A DNA stretch of 64,000 nucleotides, taken from Phenylobacterium sp. (GTDB taxonomy: Bacteria > Pseudomonadota > Alphaproteobacteria > Caulobacterales > Caulobacteraceae). Numbering within the stretch: position 1 is the first letter of the stretch; every line of letters begins with the position of its first letter. The notes beneath the pieces were generated by a model that saw only the letters and a program-made list of their open reading frames with translations, had not been told where the DNA came from and did no database searches. The stretch spans positions 203,616 to 267,615 of the forward strand of contig NZ_DATCML010000015.1 of NCBI RefSeq assembly GCF_036563385.1. Direction: 5' to 3'. Shown here one piece after another: positions 18,370-27,044 of this stretch. Both the position numbers and the translations under genes were made by a program.

Positions 18370-18728
18370 CGCTCGCGCAGCCCGTTCGGCTGGACATCTC
18401 CGACTTCAACGCCCGCTGGCTCAAGGCCTGGAGCGACAAGGACGTCGACCGCCTCGTTAGCTTCTACGCGGACGGCTGCACCTACAAGGACCCTCAGACG
18501 GCGCAGGGGCTCACGGGCCGCACGGCCCTGCGGACCTACTTGCTGGGCTTGTTCGCAGCTACGCCGCCGATGACCTACACGCCCGACCAAACCTGGCCGA
18601 TTCCCGGCGGCTTCTGCGGCCGCTGGTACTGCGACGTCCAAGGGGGCGGCCGCCTTCGCGGCTTCGATCTGGTCCTGCTCGAGGGCGAGGAGATCGTGCT
18701 CAACGAAGTGTACGTGCACACGTTGTGA
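18366..18728 (+). CDS. SnoaL-like / NTF2-fold protein
   Basis: 120 aa. ARWLKAWSDKDVDRLVSFYADGCTYKDP is typical of SnoaL-like polyketide-cyclase-fold proteins. The ATG overlaps the upstream stop (ATGA). Confidence 0.7.
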   Translation: MTLAQPVRLDISDFNARWLKAWSDKDVDRLVSFYADGCTYKDPQTAQGLTGRTALRTYLLGLFAATPPMTYTPDQTWPIPGGFCGRWYCDVQGGGRLRGFDLVLLEGEEIVLNEVYVHTL

Positions 18729-19804
18729 CTCTGCTCGCCCGTCCTGAAATCCGCCCGCCGGCCGCCGTGGACGGCCCCTGGCTGACGGCCGTGCTGCGCG
18801 AGGCCGGTCTCGACGCCGTCGTGTCCGGCGTGCGCGCCGAGCCGGTGGGCACCGGCCAGATCGGCGACAGCGTCCGCTTCCACCTGGACTACGGCCGGCG
18901 CGGCCCAGGCGCGCCGACGAGCGTCGTTGGCAAGTTCCCCGCTGCCGGCCCCGAGAGCCGCGCCACGGGCCACGCCCTTGGCAACTACCTGCGTGAGGTG
19001 CGCTTCTACCAGGAGCTGGCGCCTCGCGCCTTGGTGCGGACGCCGCGCTGCTACTTCGCCGACGTCGACGAAGCGACCAGCGACTTTGTCTTGATCATGG
19101 AAGACCTGGCGCCCGCCGAGCAGGGCGACCAGCTGGCCGGCGTGACCCTCGACCAGGCGCGGCTTGTGGTGGTCGAAGCGGCCCGCCTGCACGCCTCTCA
19201 TTGGGCCGACGATCGGCTGGACACGCTGCCGTGGGTCTCGGGCTCCAGGGCCGCGCCGCCGAGCATGGCCACCGACGAGACGGTGATCGCGCTCTGGGGT
19301 GCGTTCAAGGACCGCTACGGTCCTCGCCTGAAGGCTGACTGGGTAGAGGTCGGCGATTGGTTGTGTCGCGACTTCACGAGTTTTGGGGCGGCGCACGACG
19401 GTCCGCGCTGCCTGACGCACAATGATTTCCGGCCCGACAACATGATGTTCGGAACGGCGCGCGGAGGCCACGCGGTGACGGTGCTCGATTGGCAGTCGTT
19501 CGCCTACGGCGCTGGAGCCACGGACCTCGCCTATTTCCTCGCCGGCGCGCTGCCGCCAGAGGTGTTGAAGGCGCATGAACCCGAGCTTCTGGAGCTCTAC
19601 CTACGAACCCTGCAGAGCCTCGGGGTTTCGGATTACCCCTTGGCGGACCTGCAGCGGCACTACGGACGTGGGGCGTATCTGCTGTTCGGCACCGCCTTCT
19701 TCGCCGCGATGATCGTCACGCAGACCGAGCGTGGCGATCGGATGTTCCTCCAGATGCTGGGCTCGGCCGCCGACCACCTACACCGGCACGGCGTAAACGG
19801 CTGA
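18725..19804 (+). CDS. Phosphotransferase-family (APH/CHK kinase-like) protein
   Basis: 359 aa. Catalytic loop LTHNDFRPDNMMF and downstream VLDWQSF (HxDxxxxN ... D pattern of aminoglycoside/choline kinase-like enzymes). The GTG start overlaps the upstream stop. Confidence 0.75.
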   Translation: MTLLARPEIRPPAAVDGPWLTAVLREAGLDAVVSGVRAEPVGTGQIGDSVRFHLDYGRRGPGAPTSVVGKFPAAGPESRATGHALGNYLREVRFYQELAPRALVRTPRCYFADVDEATSDFVLIMEDLAPAEQGDQLAGVTLDQARLVVVEAARLHASHWADDRLDTLPWVSGSRAAPPSMATDETVIALWGAFKDRYGPRLKADWVEVGDWLCRDFTSFGAAHDGPRCLTHNDFRPDNMMFGTARGGHAVTVLDWQSFAYGAGATDLAYFLAGALPPEVLKAHEPELLELYLRTLQSLGVSDYPLADLQRHYGRGAYLLFGTAFFAAMIVTQTERGDRMFLQMLGSAADHLHRHGVNG

Positions 19805-19816
19805 GCCTGAACGGGA

Positions 19817-21877
19817 TCAGACGTCGAGGTCGGCGGCGGCGAACTCGGCGTTCTCCTGGATGAAGCGGAAGCGCAGCTCAGGCTTGCGGCCCATGAGCGC
19901 CTCCACCAAGCTTTCCACCGTCTCCTCGGCGCGGGGCAGGGTGACCTTGGCCAGGATCCGCTTGGCGGGATCCATGGTGGTCTCCTTCAGCTGCGCGGGC
20001 ATCATCTCGCCCAGGCCCTTGAACCGGCTGATCTCGGGCTTCTTGCCCTTGAACTCGGTCGCCAGCAGCTCGTCGCGGTGCGCATCGTCGCGCGCGTAGA
20101 GCGACTTGCCCCCGTGGCTGATCCGGTAGAGCGGCGGCAGGGCCAGGTAGAGGCGGCCGGCGCGGATCAAGCCTGGCATGGTCTTGTAGAAGAAGGTGAT
20201 CAGCAGGCTGGCGATGTGGGCGCCGTCAACGTCGGCGTCCGTCATGATGATGATCCGCTCGTAGCGGAGCTCTTCTTCCTTAAACTTCGAGCCGCCCTGC
20301 ACGCCCAGCGCCAGCAGCAGGTCGGCCAGCTCCTTGTTCTGTCCCAGCTTGTCGAGGGAGGCGGACGCGACGTTCAGGATCTTGCCGCGGAGCGGCAGGA
20401 TCGCTTGGGTGCGGCGGTCACGCGCCTGCTTCGCCGAACCGCCGGCCGAGTCGCCCTCGACCAGGAACAGCTCGGTGCCGTCGGTGGCCTGCCCCGAGCA
20501 GTCCGCGAGCTTCCCGGGCAGCCGAAGCTTGCGGGTGGCCGACGCGCGGGCGACCTCCTTATCGCGGCGGCGCTTGAGGCGTTCCTCGGCGCGTTCGATG
20601 ACGAACTGCAGGAGCGCGCTGGCGGATTTTGGCTGGCCGGTCAGCCAGTGGTCGAACGGATCAGCCAGCGCCTTCTCCACCAGCCGCTGGGCTTCAGAAG
20701 AGGAGAGCTTCTCCTTGGTCTGCCCCTGGAACTCGGGGTTGGCGATGAACACGCTGATCAGGCAGCCAGCCTGGGCCACGACGTCCTCGGCGGTGATCAG
20801 GCCGCCGCGCTTTTCGCCCACCAGCTCGGCGTACTGCTTCAGGCCGCGCGTCAGCGCCGCGCGCAGACCGGCCTCGTGCGTCCCGCCTTCAGGGGTCGGC
20901 ACGGTGTTGCAGTAGGACTGCATGAAGCCGTCGGCCTCGCCGAAGCCCTGCGGCGTCCAGGTGAGCGCCCATTCGACCTTGCCGGTCTCGCCCGGGCGCT
21001 CGTAGCGGCCGGCGAACGGCTCCGGCGTCACCGTCTCGACGCTCTTAACGCGCTCGGCGAGGAAGTCGGCCAGGCCGTTGGGGAATCGGAACACCGCTTC
21101 GGCCGGCGTCTGGTCCTGGATTCGCGAGGGATCGCACTTCCAGCGGATCTCGACGCCGCCGAACAGGTAGGCCTTGGACCGCGCCATCCGGTAGAGCCGG
21201 GCCGGCTTGAAGGCCGCCCCCTCGCCGAAGATGATCGGGTCGGGGATGAAGGCGATCTGGGTGCCCTTCTTCCGGGTCGGTCCCAGCTTCTCGATGGAGC
21301 CCAGCGGCTTGCCGCGGGTGAAGGTCTGGCGCCATTCGAACCCGTCCTTCCAGACGGTCACCTCGACCCGCTCCGACAGCGCATTCACGACTGAGACGCC
21401 GACGCCGTGCAGGCCGCCCGACGTCTCGTAGGCCTTGCCGGAGAACTTCCCGCCCGAGTGCAGGACGGTCATGATGACTTCCAGGGCCGACTTCCCGGGG
21501 TGCTTGGGGTGCGGGTCGACGGGGATGCCGCGTCCGTCGTCCTTCACCGTCAGCTGGCCCTCGGCGTCCAGGGACACTTCGATCACCTTGGCGTGGCCGG
21601 CGACGGCCTCGTCCATCGAGTTGTCCAGCACCTCGGCGAAGAGGTGGTGCAGCGCGCGTTCGTCGGTGCCGCCGATGTACATGCCCGGTCGCTTGCGGAC
21701 CGGCTCCAGGCCCTCGAGGACCTCGATGTCCTTGGCGGAATAGCCGGAGGTCTTCACGCCCACCACCGCAGGATCCGGCCGCGGCTCGTGACTCTCGGCG
21801 AGCGGAGCCGCGGGCGCCGGGTTCAGCGCGTCGTCGAACAGGTCGGGCAGGGCGGACTGGGCGGCGGAATTCGGCAT
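19817..21877 (-). CDS. parE: DNA topoisomerase IV subunit B
   Basis: GHKL ATPase motifs EVLDNSMDEA and GLHGVG, Toprim EGDSAGG and PLRGKILNV. The 686-aa length from ATG 21877 fits ParE rather than the longer alphaproteobacterial GyrB. Confidence 0.82.
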   Translation of the reverse strand: MPNSAAQSALPDLFDDALNPAPAAPLAESHEPRPDPAVVGVKTSGYSAKDIEVLEGLEPVRKRPGMYIGGTDERALHHLFAEVLDNSMDEAVAGHAKVIEVSLDAEGQLTVKDDGRGIPVDPHPKHPGKSALEVIMTVLHSGGKFSGKAYETSGGLHGVGVSVVNALSERVEVTVWKDGFEWRQTFTRGKPLGSIEKLGPTRKKGTQIAFIPDPIIFGEGAAFKPARLYRMARSKAYLFGGVEIRWKCDPSRIQDQTPAEAVFRFPNGLADFLAERVKSVETVTPEPFAGRYERPGETGKVEWALTWTPQGFGEADGFMQSYCNTVPTPEGGTHEAGLRAALTRGLKQYAELVGEKRGGLITAEDVVAQAGCLISVFIANPEFQGQTKEKLSSSEAQRLVEKALADPFDHWLTGQPKSASALLQFVIERAEERLKRRRDKEVARASATRKLRLPGKLADCSGQATDGTELFLVEGDSAGGSAKQARDRRTQAILPLRGKILNVASASLDKLGQNKELADLLLALGVQGGSKFKEEELRYERIIIMTDADVDGAHIASLLITFFYKTMPGLIRAGRLYLALPPLYRISHGGKSLYARDDAHRDELLATEFKGKKPEISRFKGLGEMMPAQLKETTMDPAKRILAKVTLPRAEETVESLVEALMGRKPELRFRFIQENAEFAAADLDV

Positions 21878-21993
21878 GACTCGGTGACGGTAAGGGGATT
21901 CTGGTCGGGTATGAATCGGCCGAGACCCGAACGCAATGCGGCCGCGCGACACCGGCGTCGCGCGGCCGCAGGTCTGCATGCTGACCGTCCTGC

Positions 21994-24456
21994 CTAGAAG
22001 TCGGCTTCCAGGGTGACGAAGGCCATCCTCGGCGCGATCGGGAAGGCCGTGTAGCCGCCTGAGTTGCTGGTCACGCCGGCGGTGGAGACGCCCTTCTCGT
22101 CGGTGACGTTGGTGATGTTGAGGCTAATCCGCCCGCGCTTCAGCCGGCTGTCGGCGGGCATGTCGAAGGCGTAGCTCGCCTGGAGACCGATCAGCAGGCT
22201 CGATTTCACCGACAGGTCGTTGAGGTAGGTGACGTAGCGCTTGCCCACGTAGTCGCCGCTGAGCTGCGCCTCGAAGTTCCCGTAGCTGGCGCGCAGGATC
22301 GTCTTGTTGAGCCACTTGGAGGTAAGCGGCACCTGCTTGCCGGCGGTGGCCACGGTCACGGGCACGGTGACGCCGTTCACCACCTGCACGCCGCTTTGGT
22401 AGTCGTCGTCGTACTCGGTGTCGTTGTACGAGAGCGCGTTGTAGACGCTGAAGTTCGGGCCGAAGTTGACCGTGCCCGAGATGTCCACGCCCTTCGACGT
22501 CACCCCGCCCACGTTGGCCAGGATGGCCGGCGCGGGGTTGATGAAGTTGTAGGGTGCGATGTTCAGCAGCCGGTTGCGGAACTCCACCAGGTAGACGCTG
22601 ACCTGGCCATCGACGCCGGAGATCAGCGAGCCGTCGAACGAGCGGCGGGTGCGCACGCCGCCCTCGTAGGTCCAGGACGTTTCCGGCTTCACCGTCTCCT
22701 TGAAGAGGTCGAAGGCCGCCTGGGTGCCGAGGCTCCAGGGCGAGAAGCCGTAGAAGCCGCTGCCGGCGCCATACGGGATGAACTGGCGCAGGTTCTTCTG
22801 GGCGTTGAAGAATACCTGCTCATTGTCGGTCGGCTCCCACAGCAGACCGACCTGCGGGAGGAACCACTCCTCGGTCTTGATGCTGCCGGTGGGATAGCGC
22901 ACCGGCACCGCGACGGTCGGCAGATTGCGCTGATTGATCGGGAACTTGCCGGTGGCGTCCTGGATCGAAGCCTTCACCCCGGCCTGCAGGAGGAGCCGCG
23001 GCACGATCCGCCACTGGTCCTGGATGTGCAGCTGGATGTCGTTGATGAAGAACTCGCCGGCGTACTGGGTAAGCGCCTTGGGGCCGCGGGGCACGTCGTA
23101 AGGCGACAGATTGTTGTTGGCTGCGGTCATCGGGTACCAGACCCGGTGCTGGGCGGGCTCGTTGTGCTCGAACCAGCCGCCCGCCTCGACCTGGTGGTCG
23201 CCGATCTCCCAGGTGAGGTTCGAAATCACCCCGCCGCGGTTGATCCGGTATTCGGTCGTGCGGACCGCGTTTCCACTGCCGCCGAACAGGTTGACGATGT
23301 TCTGCAGCGTGGCGGTGCTGGTGGCCGAGCCGACCACAAGGTTCGGGTAGTAGGTGGCGAAGAGGCCCGGCAGGCCTGCTGTGTTCACGGGGCCCGCCAC
23401 GATCCCGCGGCCGAAGTTATAGTGGTAGTAGGCTGTGTTGCTCCAGGTGAAGCCCCGGGCAGGCTCCCAGTCGTGGCGGACGTAGGACAGGATGTCCTCG
23501 CGCTGGGCGGCGCTGAAGCAGTTCGAGAAGTTGTTGCCCTGGCCCGGCGGCGGCGTGCCCGGGCCACCGGTCAGCGTCGCCGTGCAGGCCTGCAGGTTGG
23601 GGTAGAGGAAGGCGCGGGTGTAGGGGAAGTAGCCCTGGCCGAGCGCAGTCTGCTGGTTCCCGAAGGCGGTGGCGTCCTCGTTCGGCTCCACCTTCATCTG
23701 CCAGTCGGCATAGAAGGTGAGCGTGCCAGGACCCGGCTCGCTGACCAGTTTCAGGTTCACCTGGTGCCCACGCTGGTGGCCGTTGAAGTCCCACGCCTCC
23801 TGGTCCTGTCTCAGGTAGGAGAGGTAGCCGCGGGCGCCGCCGGCGAGTTCGCCGGAGTCGAGACGCACGAAGGTACGGTTGGCCTTGTAGCTGCCGAGCG
23901 TCAGGGCAGCGTGCAGGGTCCGCTCGTCGAGCGGATCGCGCGAGAAGGTCTCGATCGCTCCGCCCAGCATGCTTGTGGAAGGCACCCGCAGCGAGCCGGT
24001 GCCTGTGGACAGGGTCACCCGGCCGACGTTCTCACTCGAGATCGCTCGCGAGACGCTCAGGCCATTGTAGTTGCCGTACTGCTGGTCGCCCAGCGGGACG
24101 CCGTCCAGGGTGTAGCCGAGCTGCTGGGTCGAGAAGCCGTGCACGAACAGCGACAGGTTCTGCTCGTTGTTGCCCCAGGGGTCGGCGGTGCGGAACAGCA
24201 CGCCGGGCAGGGTCTGGACGGCCTTGAGCGGGCTCGCGCCCGGCAGGACCTTCTGGATTTCCTGCGCCTCGAGCGCCACGGCCGAGCGGGTCGTGCGCAG
24301 GCCGGTCACCACCACCTCCTGCACGCCCGTCGCCTCGGCCGCCGCGTCGGCGGCGTCGGCGGCGTCCGCGGCTTGGGCGGAGGTGGCGAGCAGGGCGGCG
24401 GCCGCGGCCGTCGCCCACAGGCGCGCGCCCCGCGCGCCCTTCATCATCGAATGCAT
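21994..24456 (-). CDS. TonB-dependent outer-membrane receptor
   Basis: 820 aa. Signal peptide ending SAQA. Plug region VVVTGLR...PGV. The beta-barrel ends in the aromatic terminus VTLEADF. Confidence 0.9.
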   Translation of the reverse strand: MHSMMKGARGARLWATAAAAALLATSAQAADAADAADAAAEATGVQEVVVTGLRTTRSAVALEAQEIQKVLPGASPLKAVQTLPGVLFRTADPWGNNEQNLSLFVHGFSTQQLGYTLDGVPLGDQQYGNYNGLSVSRAISSENVGRVTLSTGTGSLRVPSTSMLGGAIETFSRDPLDERTLHAALTLGSYKANRTFVRLDSGELAGGARGYLSYLRQDQEAWDFNGHQRGHQVNLKLVSEPGPGTLTFYADWQMKVEPNEDATAFGNQQTALGQGYFPYTRAFLYPNLQACTATLTGGPGTPPPGQGNNFSNCFSAAQREDILSYVRHDWEPARGFTWSNTAYYHYNFGRGIVAGPVNTAGLPGLFATYYPNLVVGSATSTATLQNIVNLFGGSGNAVRTTEYRINRGGVISNLTWEIGDHQVEAGGWFEHNEPAQHRVWYPMTAANNNLSPYDVPRGPKALTQYAGEFFINDIQLHIQDQWRIVPRLLLQAGVKASIQDATGKFPINQRNLPTVAVPVRYPTGSIKTEEWFLPQVGLLWEPTDNEQVFFNAQKNLRQFIPYGAGSGFYGFSPWSLGTQAAFDLFKETVKPETSWTYEGGVRTRRSFDGSLISGVDGQVSVYLVEFRNRLLNIAPYNFINPAPAILANVGGVTSKGVDISGTVNFGPNFSVYNALSYNDTEYDDDYQSGVQVVNGVTVPVTVATAGKQVPLTSKWLNKTILRASYGNFEAQLSGDYVGKRYVTYLNDLSVKSSLLIGLQASYAFDMPADSRLKRGRISLNITNVTDEKGVSTAGVTSNSGGYTAFPIAPRMAFVTLEADF

Positions 24457-24598
24457 GTCTGTCCCCTTCGCCGGCGTGGGTCGCCGGTCGGGGCGGGGCT
24501 TAGGCGGCGTCTATGACGGCGCCGCGAAAGGCAGGCTACGGAAGCATGACAATGCTCCGTGGGCGGCGGCCGGCCACCCGCACCCACTGCGCCCGCGG

Positions 24599-26539
24599 CT
24601 ACTTACGCGGCGCGTAGATGGCGCTCAGCCGGTCAGGCGCGCCCGGGATCCGCTCCAGGCGCGGGTAGCGGAGCCCGCCGCGGTAGTCGAGGGAGACGGT
24701 GCGGTAGTGGTCGCCGTCCTTGACCAGCAGACTTAGCGGCTGACCCCCCTTCGCCGCTGTGATCGCCTCCTTCAGCCGCTCGCTGTCGTAGGCGATGCCG
24801 TTCACCGCGATCAGCTTGTCGCCGACGGTGAGCCCCGCCTTGAAGGCCGGGCCGTTCCAGAGCACCGAGGTCAGGTTGGCGTCTCGGTTCACGGTGAAGC
24901 CGACGGAGTAGGTCAGGTCCACGATCTTGCGGGAGGCCTCGTTGTCCTTCCAGTAGTCGGTCGGGGCCTGAGTGTAGATCAGCCGGTAGCCCCCACGGGT
25001 GATCCCCTCCAGCGGATAGGTGGGCGCCACGTCGCGCAGGCGCTGGCTCAGGAAGCCGTTCCAGTCGTGGGGCACGACCTTGTTGAGGGCCGCCGCCACG
25101 TCCTCGAAGGTGTAGGTGACCGGCGTCCAGCTGCCGTCATTGATGCCGAAGAACACCCGGGCGAAGTCGTCCAGCGACTTCTTACCATTGGTCTTCTCGC
25201 GAATGAGGGTGTCGGCGTCGAGCCAGACCAGCTGGCCCTCGGAATAGTAGTCCTCGCTGCGTTGCCAGCTGGTCCAGGGGATGGGCCGGCGTCCGGCGAT
25301 GGTGGGATCGTGGCCGGTGTCCTCGACCGAGCGCCACTCGCGGCCGGGCCGGCCCGTCGAATAGGTCGCCGCCGTCATGGCGAGCGCGTCCAGCGTCTGC
25401 TGCTTGGTGACCAGGCCCGAGCGGGCCCCCAGCACAAAGCCCCAGTACTGGTCCTGCCCCTCGTAGACCCACAGCAGGTTGCCGCGCATGGGAACGTTGT
25501 AGTTGGGCGTCCAGAGGTCCGCCGGGCGGCGGAACTTGCCGTCCCAGGAGTGGCTGTACTCGTGCGGCAGCAGGTTCCGGGCCGGGGCGTTCTTGGTCCA
25601 CTCGGTGAAGTATTCCGGGTCGGTGCCGTTCTCGCTGGAGCGATGGTGCTCGAGCCCGATGCCGCCCATTCGGTCAGTCAGCGCCAGCAGGAACTCGTAG
25701 CGGTCGAAGTGGCGCGCGCCGAACAGCTTGTCGGCCTGGCGCACCAGCTCGCGATGCTTCTCGATCTGCTCGGGGGTGGCGGCCAGCAACTCGGGCCGGT
25801 CGGCGACGATGTTCAGGCGCACCGGCGACTTGCCGCTGGTGTCCAGGTCGTAGCGCTGGAAATAGCGCCCGGCGAACATCGGCGAGTCCATCAGGGTCTC
25901 GAAATCGGTGCGCTTGAAGCGCACCCAGCCGCCCTCGGTGCGGTCCACGTCGAGAGCCACGCCGTAGCCCCACCCGTCCGGCAGCTTGATCGCCGCCTCG
26001 ACGGGGATGCGCCGCACGAAGTAGCCGGCCGGGTACATGGCCAGCGAAATCCACTGGGCGTTCAGCATCTCTGGGGTCATGACCACCCGACCCTGGTCGG
26101 AGGCCGTCGGTGAGACGTACTGGAACTCCACCTCGACGCTAGTCGCGCCCGCGGGCGGCGTCACGTGGAAGGCGAACACCTGCACCGGGTCGCGCGTCCA
26201 CGGGATCGGCTGGCCGTTGGCGCGGACCACCAGCCCGGCCACCGCCCAGATGGCGTTGCGGGGCGAATGCCCGCCCGGCACCCACTGCGGATAGAGCAGG
26301 GTCAGCGGCCCGGGCCCGGTCACCGGCACCGTCTGGCGGACGCGGAAGATCCGCCGCTCCAGGTCGGTGGCGTCCACCTCCAGCTTGAGCACGCCAGGAT
26401 AGGCCACGTCCTGCGGCGCCGGGATCGGCGGCGGCAGGGCCGAGGGCTGCGGCCCCGGCGACGGCTGGGCGAAGACGGGGAGGGCGGCCGCGAAGGCCAG
26501 GGCGGCGGCGGAGGCGAGGGCGCGCTTGCGAAGGCTCAT
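24599..26539 (-). CDS. M61-family metallopeptidase with C-terminal PDZ domain
   Basis: 646 aa. Signal peptide. HEXXH zinc motif within LPHEYSHSWDGKF. PDZ-like segment GLTVGDKLIAVNG. Confidence 0.8.
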   Translation of the reverse strand: MSLRKRALASAAALAFAAALPVFAQPSPGPQPSALPPPIPAPQDVAYPGVLKLEVDATDLERRIFRVRQTVPVTGPGPLTLLYPQWVPGGHSPRNAIWAVAGLVVRANGQPIPWTRDPVQVFAFHVTPPAGATSVEVEFQYVSPTASDQGRVVMTPEMLNAQWISLAMYPAGYFVRRIPVEAAIKLPDGWGYGVALDVDRTEGGWVRFKRTDFETLMDSPMFAGRYFQRYDLDTSGKSPVRLNIVADRPELLAATPEQIEKHRELVRQADKLFGARHFDRYEFLLALTDRMGGIGLEHHRSSENGTDPEYFTEWTKNAPARNLLPHEYSHSWDGKFRRPADLWTPNYNVPMRGNLLWVYEGQDQYWGFVLGARSGLVTKQQTLDALAMTAATYSTGRPGREWRSVEDTGHDPTIAGRRPIPWTSWQRSEDYYSEGQLVWLDADTLIREKTNGKKSLDDFARVFFGINDGSWTPVTYTFEDVAAALNKVVPHDWNGFLSQRLRDVAPTYPLEGITRGGYRLIYTQAPTDYWKDNEASRKIVDLTYSVGFTVNRDANLTSVLWNGPAFKAGLTVGDKLIAVNGIAYDSERLKEAITAAKGGQPLSLLVKDGDHYRTVSLDYRGGLRYPRLERIPGAPDRLSAIYAPRK

Positions 26540-26599
26540 GCGTTGCGTTGTAGAGCCGTCGCCGCAAACGGCAATCGTTCGTCCCCGGAGGAGACGCCC

Positions 26600-26980
26600 A
26601 TGCTGCGCCCCGCTCTTTTCGTGCTGTCCCTGAGCGCCCTGATGCTGGCCGGCTGCCAGCAGTCGGCGGCCGAGGCGGGCCCCGGTCCCGCGCCGCCGCC
26701 GCGCAGCGAGGCGCCGGCCCCGGGCCGGGCGTCACAGACCGGCGGCATGTGCGGGGGCATCGCGGGGTTCGCCTGCGCCAGCGCCGAGGACTACTGCAAG
26801 CATCCGGAGGGCCAGTGCCGGGTGGCCGACGGCGCCGGCGTCTGCACGCCCAGGACGCCGATGTGCACGAAGATCTACGCCCCGGTGTGCGGCTGCGACG
26901 GCAAGACCTACGGCAACGCCTGCGAGGCCGGCGCGGCGGGCGTCGGCGTGGACCGCCAGGGCGAGTGCCGTCCCGCCTGA
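26600..26980 (+). CDS. Lipoprotein with Kazal-like protease-inhibitor domain
   Basis: ATG 26600 is preceded by GGAGGAG. Lipobox LMLAGC. C-terminal CTKIYAPVCGCDGKTYGNACEA...GEC fits the Kazal spacing C-x7-C-x6-Y-x3-C. The fifth classical Cys is replaced. Confidence 0.75.
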   Translation: MLRPALFVLSLSALMLAGCQQSAAEAGPGPAPPPRSEAPAPGRASQTGGMCGGIAGFACASAEDYCKHPEGQCRVADGAGVCTPRTPMCTKIYAPVCGCDGKTYGNACEAGAAGVGVDRQGECRPA

Positions 26981-26990
26981 GCGCCCACGG

Positions 26991-27018
26991 AAAAGGCCCG
27001 CGGATCGCTCCGCGGGCC
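26991..27018 (-). terminator. Rho-independent terminator downstream of glnA (shared with the convergent Kazal gene)
   Basis: 10-bp stem ggcccgcgga/tccgcgggcc. The loop is tcgc, which is GCGA on the minus strand. The minus-strand transcript then continues into a TTTT run. Confidence 0.75.
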
Positions 27019-27044
27019 TGATCTCGTCTCGTGTCGAGCTGCGC

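Noticed and set aside
19817-21877. Assigning the type II topoisomerase B subunit as gyrB.
   Set aside because: The 686-aa length, without the large insertion characteristic of proteobacterial GyrB, favours ParE. This rests on length and architecture only, so some uncertainty remains.
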